Source: an uncultured delta proteobacterium
Lineage (GTDB): Bacteria; Desulfobacterota; Syntrophia; Syntrophales; UBA2185
DNA: 64,000 nucleotides
Direction: 5' to 3'
Assembly (NCBI GenBank): GCA_963695875.1
Contig: CAVOID010000011.1
Location: forward strand, 192,001 to 256,000
The translations under genes were made by a program, and so were the position numbers. Below the pieces are notes generated by a model. It worked only from the letters and a program-made list of their open reading frames with translations, made no database searches and was not told the DNA's origin. Below, one piece after another: positions 21,464 to 30,997 of this stretch. Positions within the stretch are counted from its first letter, which is position 1, and every line of letters begins with the position of its first letter.

Positions 21464-21554
21464 TTTCAATCCTCCAAGTTTTGATGTGAACACTGCCAAC
21501 GGATCGTGGGCAGTCACGTATGGCTGCCCAGGCACCGTCTTTTAAAGTCCTGTC

Positions 21555-22034
21555 TCAGGCGGCCTCTTTTTTCACGAATATACCGGGGAGCTTCGCGGAA
21601 AGAAGTCCGGCGCAATTCCCGATCAACATGCACACGAAGGTACTCAAGAGAGTTTCGACGATGTCTCCTTTGTGCCCCCCGAGATTTCCGAAGAATACGG
21701 CCCCCCCTACAAACTGCCCCGGGATGGCACTAAGAATCGGAATATTGCCCTCAATAGTCATAATGAAGCAGTAAACCCCGACGATTGCTGAGAGCAAAAG
21801 CATACTGCCAGCGCCAAAGGTTACCCACAGCCAAAAGAAAAGCGCCCCTTGCACCATTCCCGCCACGTTGGCGGCTATGGATTTGGGGAGGGCAGCCTGA
21901 TCGCCGCCGGCATAATAGAAGCTGGCCCAGGCCGCATAACCTACCCAAGCGACGAGCCAGGGTACCAAGACCGTGACGTGAAACCAAATCCCGCAAAGAA
22001 CGCCGATACTGATGGAGACAGGTAATAAAGCCAT
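21555..22034 (-). CDS. Small multi-pass membrane protein, DUF1097-like
   Basis: Several hydrophobic helices; WVGYAAWASFYYAGG and LSAIPGQFVG motifs. Confidence 0.7.
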   Translation of the reverse strand: MALLPVSISIGVLCGIWFHVTVLVPWLVAWVGYAAWASFYYAGGDQAALPKSIAANVAGMVQGALFFWLWVTFGAGSMLLLSAIVGVYCFIMTIEGNIPILSAIPGQFVGGAVFFGNLGGHKGDIVETLLSTFVCMLIGNCAGLLSAKLPGIFVKKEAA

Positions 22035-22036
22035 AA

Positions 22037-23143
22037 TTAAACCTCCTTCTTGTAATCTTTGGCCAATGCGTCAGCCGTCCAGATTGCTGCCTCAACCTTA
22101 TCGGCAGTAACTTCGAACCAGGTGGCATGGATGGTTTCACCCGGCGCCGTTGTGGCTTCAGCCACTTTGCGGATTTCTTCCCGTGTCGGATTGTGAATCC
22201 CCAAATCATCCAAACAAACGGGCAGCCCTACGGTGCAACAGAAATCCAGTACCTCATAAATTTCAGCTGATGAGCGGCCTTCCAACACCAACTGGGTAAG
22301 GGTTCCGAAGGCCACTTTCTGGCCGTGGAGCTTGTGATGGGAGCTTTCCAGGACGGTAAATCCGTTGTGGACTGAGTGAGCGCCGGCAAGGCCACCGCTT
22401 TCGAAGCCCAACCCGCTCAAAAGGGTGTTGGCTTCCACGATGGCTTCAACGGCCGGTGTCACGCAATGATTCTCAACCGCCAGCTTCGCCTGGAGGCCGT
22501 ATTCCAGTAAGGTGTCATAGCACAGGCGGGCGAGGGCCATCGCGGAACGGGTAGGTGGATATCCGCCTGTCAGTACGTTGGGTTTACAACTCTTGTTGCA
22601 CGTATCGGCCTCCCAGAAGGTGGCGAGAGCATCCCCCATACCGGATACCAGGGTTTCAACAGGGGCATCGGCTACGATACGGGTATCGACCAGGACACAA
22701 TCCGGATTGTGAGGCAATACCAGGTATCGTGCAAAAACGCCCGCATCCGTATAAACCACCGACAAGGCAGAACAGGGAGCGTCCGTTGCGGCGATGGTCG
22801 GTACCACAATCACCGGCACTTTCATAAAGTGGGCTGTCGCTTTTCCCGTGTCAATGGCCTTACCTCCCCCTGCTGCGATGATGAAATCAGCCCCTTCTTT
22901 CTTAGCGAGGCTCACCAGGCGTTTGATTTCATTGTCCGAACATTCACCGTTAAATAACTCCTGATAACAACCGATCTTTTTCTCTTTGAGGCTGGTTTGA
23001 ATCGCCTTACCGCAGACGCCTAAGGACCGCTTGCCCCCTGTAAGCAGGGCCTTGGTACCAAGCTTTTCTGCGTGCATGCCTATTTCCTTGATGGCGCCCT
23101 CTCCTTGAACATAACGACTTGGTGCAAGTAACATCCGGCTCAT
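22037..23143 (-). CDS. gldA: Glycerol/1,2-propanediol dehydrogenase, GldA family
   Basis: PSRYVQG, GGGKAIDTGK, PTIAATDAPCSALSV, GMGDALAT, GFESGGLAGAHSVHNG, HGQKVAFG. Confidence 0.93.
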   Translation of the reverse strand: MSRMLLAPSRYVQGEGAIKEIGMHAEKLGTKALLTGGKRSLGVCGKAIQTSLKEKKIGCYQELFNGECSDNEIKRLVSLAKKEGADFIIAAGGGKAIDTGKATAHFMKVPVIVVPTIAATDAPCSALSVVYTDAGVFARYLVLPHNPDCVLVDTRIVADAPVETLVSGMGDALATFWEADTCNKSCKPNVLTGGYPPTRSAMALARLCYDTLLEYGLQAKLAVENHCVTPAVEAIVEANTLLSGLGFESGGLAGAHSVHNGFTVLESSHHKLHGQKVAFGTLTQLVLEGRSSAEIYEVLDFCCTVGLPVCLDDLGIHNPTREEIRKVAEATTAPGETIHATWFEVTADKVEAAIWTADALAKDYKKEV

Positions 23144-23357
23144 AGCATTCCCTCCCGTTTATCAAATGATTCATCATGCTTTATACGCCGACAGCGAGAC
23201 GCTCAGTTCCATAAGATTACGTCTGGCTGGGCGCACTATCACGCATTTGGATAGATCCATAAGGGGTGGCTGCGAGAGAGCGAAGGTCAGGATTAGAGAA
23301 TTTGGCCTGAGAGTCGGAACACGAAGCGTGCTAATATGGAGTGCCCCTTTATGAATC

Positions 23358-23426
23358 ATGATAAACGTAAACAATTGCCAAAGTAAATCCCTCGTAAGGG
23401 TGAAATTAACTCCCTCGTTTGGGTGA
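23358..23426 (-). promoter_or_regulatory. Putative pdu operon promoter with two tandem 16-bp regulator boxes
   Basis: tccctcgtaagggtga (23388-23403) and tccctcgtttgggtga (23411-23426) directly upstream of TTTACT-N18-TATCAT on the minus strand. Confidence 0.65.
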
Positions 23427-23454
23427 TTTTTGGGGGAATGTCAATTTAGAGGAT

Positions 23455-24084
23455 TTATGAAAGGATATTCTGCTTTATGGCGACTGTCACTGCTTCCACA
23501 CGACTCTTTACTTGTAGTTTATGGTAGATGCTCTTGATATGACTCTTAACTGTTTCGACGCTGACATATAAAGTTTGAGAAATTTCCTTATTGCTCTGAC
23601 CCTCGATGATGGACTGGAGAATTTCCTTTTCACGGTGAGTCAAAACGGGATATTCACCGGTCGTACTTATAGTCGCCCTGAAGTCCAAGGACAGGTTCAC
23701 CAGATAGGGGGAGACTACCTGATGTCCCTCAAAAAAAGACTTCATGATTCGAACCAGTTCAGCAACCTCAACACATTTAAGCACGTAGCCGTCGGCACCC
23801 GCCTGCATGGCGGCATGGATGCAGGTCTTGTCATCGTAAGTGGAAAGTACAACAATTTTCATTTGAGGGTGTGCTTTGCGGAGCATACGAATGACCCGAA
23901 TGCCTGATATCCCTGGCATGTCCACATCGATGAGAGAAACATCGGGTGGGTCGACCCGGATTTTTTCGACCGCACTGAAGCCATCACTGGCTTCTCCAAT
24001 AAGTTGGATGTCCGTTTCCTGATCCAAGGCAATTCTCAGGCCGATACGGAACAAAGGATGATCATCTGCCAGGAAAACTCTCAT
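23455..24084 (-). CDS. NarL/LuxR-family response regulator
   Basis: FLADDHPLFR, DVDMPG, LTHREKEIL..SNKEIS..TVKSH. Confidence 0.95.
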   Translation of the reverse strand: MRVFLADDHPLFRIGLRIALDQETDIQLIGEASDGFSAVEKIRVDPPDVSLIDVDMPGISGIRVIRMLRKAHPQMKIVVLSTYDDKTCIHAAMQAGADGYVLKCVEVAELVRIMKSFFEGHQVVSPYLVNLSLDFRATISTTGEYPVLTHREKEILQSIIEGQSNKEISQTLYVSVETVKSHIKSIYHKLQVKSRVEAVTVAIKQNILS

Positions 24085-24161
24085 AGCTTCTATAGATCCT
24101 TGCCATCATTCACTTTATGTTTTGTTGAATCCATTTTTCTAAGAGATTTTGACCACAGTTC

Positions 24162-25862
24162 TCAAGATGTCGATTCCACGAAATTGACTGGCAATGTCAC
24201 ATAAAAGCAACAGCCTCGTCGATGGCCTGCTGCGTCGATCAGGACTGGCGACTCAACCCATATGTTTCCACCATGAGCTTCAATAACCTGCTTGCAAAAA
24301 GCCAAACCCAACCCGATCCCCTCCCTCCGTCTTTCACTATCCGATTTAATGGTAAAATATTTATCAAAAATGCACTGATGGTATTCGGCGGGGATGCCGA
24401 TACCATGATCCGTGAACGTAAGCATAAGACAATCCTGTTCTGCTTTCACCGAAGCCAGATCTGGCGAGATGGTTTCGAACTTTCCCGATTGTTCCCAACC
24501 CCTATCCCGCATTTCCATCTCAACCTGGACAACACCGTCCTCCGGGCTGTACTTGATAGCGTTCTCCAGTAAATTGACAAGAGCTCGCCTCAGGCGCTTT
24601 TGATCTCCCAGTAATTTCAGTGGAAGTAATGGTGGTTGAAATTGCATGGATATCCGCTTTTCCTTTGCAAAAAGATCAAGCTGGCTGAAACTCTCTAAAA
24701 TAATTTGATCGATGAACACAGGGGTCCAGTGTAGTGCAAACTTTCCACTTTCAATTCGGTAAATGTCCAATATATCACTCACCATGCCAGAGAGTTGATG
24801 ACACGTAGCCAGAGCAAATTCCATAACGTTCCTCTGCTTCAGATTGAGGTCTCCGACGGTTCCATTGACGATAAGCTGTAAAACATTTTGCAGGGAAATT
24901 ATTGGGTTTCTCATATCGTGAGTGATCATGTTAACCACGTCTTCTTTCATCCGCTCCAACCTTTTCTCTTCCGAGATGTCCCTAATAACCCATACATAAC
25001 CGTTGTTTTGTTGGCCAGCATCGTCGATTGTAGAGAAGGACACTTGTACCGGAAAAGTCTGCCCCTCCGAAGAGATAGCTGTTAGCTCGCCGCGCCGGTT
25101 AAAGCTCAACCTCGAATCTAGATTCTTCCGCTGCGGAATTTTTGAATCATCCTCCGTAAAAAGCTTTCTAATGGACTCGCCGATAAGTTCTTCGGTTTCA
25201 TAGCCAAACATTTTAACGCCTGCCTGATTAAGAATGGTGATTCTACCATCGGCATTCGTTGATAGAATGCAATCGGAAACGCTGTTGATCAGCCTGCTGA
25301 GATAATGCTGAGAATGTTTGTGTAATAGGTCTTTCTGCCAAGCCAATTCGCTGATTGTATGAGTGATCTCGGACATAAGGTTCACAACAGACAGCAACCG
25401 CTCGCGTGTCATCAAAGGTACCTTTTCCAGTGCCTGCAAATAATCTTCTACATCTGTTATCCCGATTGCTTTGGCCTGTTCAATCGCTGCTTCAGCAGCA
25501 ATGGGTTCCTCCAAGACCTGGCCTGCCAAAATTGTAGCCAGATGATAACCCTCCACGATGACTGGAGCCGCGCAATCAATGAGTCCGGCGTTCAAACAAT
25601 TATAAATGTAGGGTTCTCTGGATCGGGCAGATTCCAGACCTCCATGGCGGTCGCTTTCGTGACATTTACTCTTGCCCCTATCAGTGGAACGGCAAAAATT
25701 GAGACAGAAAGGCGTGAAATTATGCGGCTCAGTAATGGGGCGTCCATCAATATCGGCAATGATTGACGCCACCCCAGTTACCTCGGTGAAGACTCCAAGG
25801 ATTCTCTCCAATTTCTTTTTGTTGACCAAGTCCAAGAGCTTAAGCTGAGTCGGAGAACTCAT
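24162..25862 (-). CDS. Cytoplasmic histidine kinase, PocR-PAS-HisKA-HATPase
   Basis: PocR C..SD..YNCLNAGLIDCAAP; PAS; THDMRNP; NLLENAIKY; GLGLAFC; no transmembrane segment. Confidence 0.92.
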   Translation of the reverse strand: MSSPTQLKLLDLVNKKKLERILGVFTEVTGVASIIADIDGRPITEPHNFTPFCLNFCRSTDRGKSKCHESDRHGGLESARSREPYIYNCLNAGLIDCAAPVIVEGYHLATILAGQVLEEPIAAEAAIEQAKAIGITDVEDYLQALEKVPLMTRERLLSVVNLMSEITHTISELAWQKDLLHKHSQHYLSRLINSVSDCILSTNADGRITILNQAGVKMFGYETEELIGESIRKLFTEDDSKIPQRKNLDSRLSFNRRGELTAISSEGQTFPVQVSFSTIDDAGQQNNGYVWVIRDISEEKRLERMKEDVVNMITHDMRNPIISLQNVLQLIVNGTVGDLNLKQRNVMEFALATCHQLSGMVSDILDIYRIESGKFALHWTPVFIDQIILESFSQLDLFAKEKRISMQFQPPLLPLKLLGDQKRLRRALVNLLENAIKYSPEDGVVQVEMEMRDRGWEQSGKFETISPDLASVKAEQDCLMLTFTDHGIGIPAEYHQCIFDKYFTIKSDSERRREGIGLGLAFCKQVIEAHGGNIWVESPVLIDAAGHRRGCCFYVTLPVNFVESTS

Positions 25863-26223
25863 AACCTTATTGCTCCTTCCGTTCCTTATACTCTAATCTA
25901 TTTAGGGGGAAGTGTTTCGTTTATATTAGCACAGAGGGCTATTAATTACAATCTTAAAAGGCAATATTAATCAAATGGTGGTACTCTATCGGTCAGTTAA
26001 TTTATTGGCATTTTTAAGAAATCGTCAATTATCTTAAAAATATTTGGCAAATAAACTATCAGTTTGAATGTTGATCGTAAACACAGAAGCAGTAGGCACC
26101 ATCAAAGACAGCATTTCTAAGTTACAAATCGTCAGTTCCAATTACCGGACCAGATCATTGATAACGGGTAGAAACATGCAAAGGTGGGACAGTTCATTTT
26201 CTGTTCATATAGAATCCGGCTTC

Positions 26224-26272
26224 CTTCCTGTACTGTTGTTTTTGGAATTTTCCTTCTGAATGCAACATTTCA
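26224..26272 (+). repeat. Conserved 49-bp site, copy 2
   Basis: cttcc-tgtactgttg-N24-caacatttca. Confidence 0.85.
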
Positions 26273-26369
26273 AACGCCAATCTTCAATTTAGGATTGAAA
26301 AATCAAGGCTATTTCCAGAGGCAAATTTTCCCTTGACTACCCTTGATGTAAGGAGTATTTTTCAACCAA

Positions 26370-26451
26370 TTGACACTCCTACTGTAGCTCATTAAACTAA
26401 TTATTATTCCTCCCGTAGCTCAGTAAACTAACCGCAGTTCAGTAAACCCAA
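26370..26451 (+). promoter_or_regulatory. Sigma70 promoter overlapped by three operator-like repeats
   Basis: TTGACA-17-TAAACT at 26370-26398; repeats gtagctcattaaactaa, gtagctcagtaaactaa, gcagttcagtaaacccaa. Confidence 0.65.
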
Positions 26452-26506
26452 TAACCTAACCCCTAACCTCAAGGGAATCCTTCATTTCGGAAAGGAGGTT
26501 GTCCAA

Positions 26507-27001
26507 ATGTCTGATCAAGTTTCCCGTGAAGAAATCCTGTCCCAACTTGACAAAAAAGTGAATAACTATTTCCTTCAATCCTTCAACTGCGCCCAATCTT
26601 GCTTTGCTGCCCTCCAGGAACAGTTCGGCCTCGATGGCGGCCCCATCCTCAAAGCCCTCACCCCGTTTCCCGGCATTGCCCTGCAAGGGGAGACTTGTGG
26701 CGCTGTGTCCGGCTCCATGATGGCCCTGGGGCTGGTCTTTGGGCGCGACAGGCTGGACGACTTACCGGGCATGCGTGCGGCGTTCGTTCCAGCGATGACC
26801 TTCTGCAAGCATTTTATGCAAGAGGTTGGCAGCACCCGCTGCGGCGACATCCTCGAAACGCAGTTTGGCAAGCGCTTCAACCTGACCGATCCGGCCCAGG
26901 TAGCCGAGTATCGTGCTGCTGGCGCGATTGAGAAATGCGGTGCAGTGACCCGTAAGGGCGTGCGCATCGCTGCCGAAATCTTGTTAGCACGGCCTGTGTA
27001 G
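26507..27001 (+). CDS. C-GCAxxG-C-C family putative redox protein
   Basis: NCAQS, TCGAVSG, GSTRC..I and terminal C. Confidence 0.88.
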   Translation: MSDQVSREEILSQLDKKVNNYFLQSFNCAQSCFAALQEQFGLDGGPILKALTPFPGIALQGETCGAVSGSMMALGLVFGRDRLDDLPGMRAAFVPAMTFCKHFMQEVGSTRCGDILETQFGKRFNLTDPAQVAEYRAAGAIEKCGAVTRKGVRIAAEILLARPV

Positions 27002-27178
27002 CCTTAATTAACCTAACAACCGAACATCTAACCTTTTGGAGTGTAGTATGAAAACGAGCTTCCGAAAGGTACCGATATGAAGCCTCCAAGGGGACAGCAA
27101 CGTCCCTTTGGGGGCCATTCCCGTGCGATCACAATACCTAAAGTTTTTATCAACAACAAGAAAAAGGAGGGTGACACG

Positions 27179-27472
27179 ATGCCGACCTATATTGGGTTAT
27201 ATAAATTGACAGAGCAGGGGATCAAGACTATCAAGGATGCACCTGCTCGGCTTGAAGCAGCCCTTAAGGGTGCTGAAAAAATGGGTGGTAAATCACTTGG
27301 CTTATACGTGGTGATGGGGGAATACGATTACGTGGCTATTGGTGAATTTCCCAGTGATGAGGTTGCTACAACCTTCGCCTTGGGGATTAGCTCGTTGGGA
27401 AATGTCAGGACGACGACGCTGAGGGCATTCACGAAGGAAGAGTTTGCAGCGATAGTGAAGAAATTGCCTTAG
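27179..27472 (+). CDS. GYD domain protein
   Basis: MPTYIGLYKLTEQG..MGEYDYVAI..GNVRTTTLRAF; AAGGAGG RBS. Confidence 0.88.
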   Translation: MPTYIGLYKLTEQGIKTIKDAPARLEAALKGAEKMGGKSLGLYVVMGEYDYVAIGEFPSDEVATTFALGISSLGNVRTTTLRAFTKEEFAAIVKKLP

Positions 27473-27533
27473 AGGTGTTAGGAAGGGATGACCATCCTAC
27501 ACTTAGTAGTATGATTATATGCTAGTGAGCCTT

Positions 27534-27614
27534 TGACCTGCCCCCCTAAAAAAACGGTACAGTTTTATATTAGAATTTCTGCTAATGTCGGATCGTGATC
27601 AAGGGGGCGGGTCA
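27534..27614. mobile_element. 81-bp MITE with IS3-type inverted repeats and 3-bp CTT duplication
   Basis: TGACCTGCCCCC...GGGGGCGGGTCA flanked by CTT on both sides. Confidence 0.7.
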
Positions 27615-27621
27615 CTTTGTT

Positions 27622-27670
27622 CTTCCTGTACTGTTGTTTTTTTAATTCGGCCACTCAATACGATATTTCA
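27622..27670 (+). repeat. Conserved 49-bp site, copy 3
   Basis: cttcc-tgtactgttg-N24-cgatatttca. Confidence 0.8.
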
Positions 27671-27798
27671 ATCAGTAATATTCTAAAAGACTGTAGAGCT
27701 CTATTTCAAAATGTGGTACAAGTTGTGGGGGCAGGTCCTTTAATTAAAATATAAATCAAAAATAGCAATATAAATAATCCTAATGTTGAGGTGAAAGC

Positions 27799-27963
27799 AT
27801 GCCAACGTATGAGTATCTTTGCGAAGCCTGCAAAAAAGAGTTTTCATTGATACAGAGTTTCAGCGAACATGATATAGGCAAAGCCACATGGCCGAAATGC
27901 AAAAGCAAGAAGGTGAAACAGCAGATATCCCTGTTTACGTCCAAGACCAGCAGGAAAAGTTGA
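27799..27963 (+). CDS. FmdB-family zinc ribbon protein (not in the ORF track)
   Basis: MPTYEYLCEACKKEF..WPKCKSKKV; third Cys replaced by Trp. Confidence 0.8.
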   Translation: MPTYEYLCEACKKEFSLIQSFSEHDIGKATWPKCKSKKVKQQISLFTSKTSRKS

Positions 27964-28002
27964 TTCGTATATTAATTGTTAGACTGAACATGGAGGCAAT
28001 CT

Positions 28003-28188
28003 ATGGACGGAAACGTGACTAGCACAAAAGAGAAAGAAATTATCGTTTTTTGCGAGAAACAAATCGCAAGGAAACTTTATAATAGAATAGACCTTTTGGA
28101 AAAATTAGTTTTTACTCTAAACGAAAAAGTTGAAAAATTAGAAGAATTAATAAAGATTAAAAATAAATTTACAGATTGGAAAGCTTGA
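28003..28188 (+). CDS. Small hypothetical coiled-coil protein
   Basis: GGAGG RBS, 61 aa. Confidence 0.5.
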   Translation: MDGNVTSTKEKEIIVFCEKQIARKLYNRIDLLEKLVFTLNEKVEKLEELIKIKNKFTDWKA

Positions 28189-28329
28189 CAATCTCGGTTT
28201 CACCCTTTGTAGGCGAAAGCAACTTTTTTAAATCGCCATCTTTCGGTTTGCTGGCTGCCCTACCGCCCCTTGTGCGGACCGGTGTTTCATTTCAGTTTTC
28301 TGCTAGGGCATATAGTAAAGCCTTGACCT

Positions 28330-28378
28330 CTTCCTGCAATGTTGATTTCCCAATTTTGCTCGTCCATTAAACCTTTCA
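28330..28378 (+). repeat. Conserved 49-bp site, copy 4
   Basis: cttcc-tgcaatgttg-N24-aaacctttca. Confidence 0.8.
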
Positions 28379-28488
28379 ATCATTAATCATTAAATTCGAT
28401 TTACAATAGAGCAGAACCACAAATGAAAATGTGATATAGAATATAAGAAGAGGTCAGTAAGAATAAAACCGGATAAAAATTAACCCTT

Positions 28489-29109
28489 ATGGGCTACACC
28501 ATTTTTGATATTCCAATTTTGAGAAGTCTCCTGCAGGGACTTTCCATTTGTATTTTAAGAAGCTGTGGATGGCGCATAGAAGGCCGACCGCCCGATATCC
28601 CCAAATTTGTCATAATTGCAGCACCTCATACCTCAAACTGGGATTTCCCCATCGGAATGGCCTTCCTGCTGGCCTTTAAACTAAAATTCAGTTTATTAGG
28701 AAAGGATTCTATTTTCCGTTGGCCTTTTGGAGGTTTTCTTAAATGGATGGGTCTTATTCCCATCAATCGCTCGAAATCCTGTGATGTAGTTGCACAATCG
28801 ATCCAAGTCTTCAAAGACAATAGAAAAATGGTAATGGTAGTCACTCCGGAGGGAACAAGAAAAAAAGATATTTACTGGAAAACAGGATTTTATCACATTG
28901 CTAGAGGCGCGAATGTTCCAATTGTCATGGGTTTTCTTGATTATGTAAGAAAAGCGGGAGGGATCGGACCCACGCTAATGCCGACCGGAGACATTGAATT
29001 CGATATGGAGAAGATTCGTCGCTTCTATGATAAAATATCAGGCAAAATTCCTGAAAAATCTACCCCGGCAATAATTGCACCCCGGAGTGGAGAAAATCTC
29101 AAAATGTGA
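28489..29109 (+). CDS. PlsC-family acyltransferase
   Basis: HTSNWD, PINR, TPEGTR motifs. Confidence 0.92.
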   Translation: MGYTIFDIPILRSLLQGLSICILRSCGWRIEGRPPDIPKFVIIAAPHTSNWDFPIGMAFLLAFKLKFSLLGKDSIFRWPFGGFLKWMGLIPINRSKSCDVVAQSIQVFKDNRKMVMVVTPEGTRKKDIYWKTGFYHIARGANVPIVMGFLDYVRKAGGIGPTLMPTGDIEFDMEKIRRFYDKISGKIPEKSTPAIIAPRSGENLKM

Positions 29110-29182
29110 TATGCTGAAGATTCCTTAATACCATATTCATTGACCCATATCCCATACCCCGGTCCATATTTTGTGAGAATAG

Positions 29183-29231
29183 CTTCCTGAAACTGTGTTT
29201 TTCTAATTCTGACAATACATACAATATATCA
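29183..29231 (+). repeat. Conserved 49-bp site, copy 5
   Basis: cttcc-tgaaactgtg-N24-caatatatca. Confidence 0.8.
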
Positions 29232-29465
29232 ATCGGTAATAAACAAAAGACCTTACACCTGAAGCAAACATCTCTTTAGCAACATCCTTTCTATTTACCA
29301 TTATCAATCAGCATTTTCGAAGTCTGTGGTAAGTATTCTCGAAGCCATGAATAAGGTTATTCCCGATTGTGGATAATTGTATGTTTATGTAGTCTTTATA
29401 TATTCAATCTATAAATTATGGTGGCAATTTAACAGGAGCTTTAGACATCAATAAGGAGGCTATTA

Positions 29466-29984
29466 ATGAAAGACCGACTGAATGCACTGAAGGTGGCACT
29501 AAACAACGAAATGAGGGAACATGAATTTTATCTCAAAAATGCGGAGAGAACCAAGAATCCAGTCGGCAAGACTATGTTTCAGCAAATAGCCGGTGAAGAG
29601 CTGGAACACTACGAAAGACTTAAGCAACTCCACGAGAATTGGCAGAAGGACAAGAAATGGCCTGAAACCGTTCCCCTCAAGGTGAAGGGCACAATTGTCA
29701 GAACCCTCGTGAAGGAGGCAGCAAAAAATGCCCCTGCAAAAGCAAAGGGAGATGCAGATGATCTGAAGGCCATTCAGACGGCCATCGAATTTGAGGCCAA
29801 GGGCACGGATTATTATGCAAAGCTTCGTGATGAAGTTGCCGACCCGAAAGAAAGGGCATTTTTCGGTCTTCTTGCCAATATTGAACACGAACACTACGTA
29901 TCTCTCAAAGACACAGAGCAATATATGATTGATCCTGCGACTTGGTTTAGAGAAAAAGAAGAAGGTGGTCTGGATGGTGGCTGA
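29466..29984 (+). CDS. Ferritin-like/rubrerythrin family protein
   Basis: Two E..FY...ExxH diiron repeats. Confidence 0.88.
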   Translation: MKDRLNALKVALNNEMREHEFYLKNAERTKNPVGKTMFQQIAGEELEHYERLKQLHENWQKDKKWPETVPLKVKGTIVRTLVKEAAKNAPAKAKGDADDLKAIQTAIEFEAKGTDYYAKLRDEVADPKERAFFGLLANIEHEHYVSLKDTEQYMIDPATWFREKEEGGLDGG

Positions 29985-30049
29985 AAAAAACCAGAAAAAG
30001 GAGATTGTATACGTTAAGGACCCTATTACAGGCGAGAAAAGGAGGGAAT

Positions 30050-30472
30050 ATGGCTGATTTGAAAGAAATGATTTACGATATAATTAAAGGCTACCAGATT
30101 GTTTCTTTAGCAACACTTACGGAAGACGGCAAACCGTGGGTCCGTCATGTGCTGATGGTTGGAGAAAAGGACTTCACCATGAAATTCACTACATCGATGA
30201 AGTCCCGCAAGGTTAATCACATAAAGAACAACGGGGAAGTCCATATATTATGCGGTGTATCAAGCCTGGAAACAGCAAAACAGTATCTGCAGATACAGGG
30301 GAAGGCGATAATCTCCAGCGATGCTGCACTTCGAAAAGAGATGTGGAAGGACTTTATGACAAAGTATTTCAGCGGTCCCGATGATCCGGACTATGTTGTT
30401 GGCATTGTTAAACCTTACCACATTGAGCTATTTACGTTGCCCAGCCGAAAGCCTGAAATTTGGGAAGGGTAA
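30050..30472 (+). CDS. Pyridoxamine 5'-phosphate oxidase-like / general stress protein 26
   Basis: SLATLTEDGKPWVR, SRKV..I..N, YFSGPDDPDY. Confidence 0.85.
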   Translation: MADLKEMIYDIIKGYQIVSLATLTEDGKPWVRHVLMVGEKDFTMKFTTSMKSRKVNHIKNNGEVHILCGVSSLETAKQYLQIQGKAIISSDAALRKEMWKDFMTKYFSGPDDPDYVVGIVKPYHIELFTLPSRKPEIWEG

Positions 30473-30479
30473 GAAAATG

Positions 30480-30662
30480 TATCTTGTATTCGACGATCGG
30501 CATCAGGATGATGATCCCCGGTCCCTTTGTGTCGATGATCCTCCCCAGACAAAAGATAACGGCCCGTTGATACTCGTTGAGGATCCGGATGGCCGACGAT
30601 AGGAACAAGACAACCAGAACAACCACTACGATTACTGGGATTACTGGATATATATCCGACAT
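30480..30662 (-). pseudogene. Truncated SPFH/band-7 (slipin) N-terminus
   Basis: TM helix then SAIRILNEYQRAVIFCLGR..KGPGIIILMPIV, after which similarity ends. Confidence 0.75.
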
Positions 30663-30726
30663 GACTGACCTCCTGTCATTTTTCGGGGGGTTTTGCAAAG
30701 TGATATTTTCAAGGTTTACTATCTCA

Positions 30727-30844
30727 AACGAAGGAGGGATTGCCTTATAAAATGGCGGTACTGGCCACCGCGCATAAATTGATCCGTGTCATCTATGTTA
30801 TGCTGACAGGACGGACAACTTTTTGTCCTCAGATGAATTCGTGA
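30727..30844 (+). mobile_element. IS110 transposase C-terminal remnant
   Basis: KEGLPYKMAVLATAHKLIRVIYVML. Confidence 0.65.
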
Positions 30845-30997
30845 TAGTTGACTGTAACAGAGTATCCAACAATTCTAAGGAAACTCTACTCTTTCCGACG
30901 GTAATCATCAGACTTCAAACTTACTAGGCCTTAAGATGTAATACCTCCAACTACGTGTATATCACATTTAGAACCCATACAAAACTACGAGATGTCA

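Noticed and set aside
23144..23350. Cobalamin riboswitch in the pdu leader
   Set aside because: No recognisable B12-box or GGGAA..GCCCCCGCAACTGT core; an Rfam scan would settle it.
26408..26424. tcctcccgtagctcagt resembling a tRNA 5' end
   Set aside because: No cloverleaf continuation; better explained as one of three operator repeats.
26384..26451. Mini CRISPR array
   Set aside because: Repeats are too short and degenerate, spacers are 2-14 bp, and there are no cas genes.
26224..30472. Classical integron cassette array
   Set aside because: No RYYYAAC..GTTRRRY attC hairpins and no intI; genes carry their own long upstream regions.
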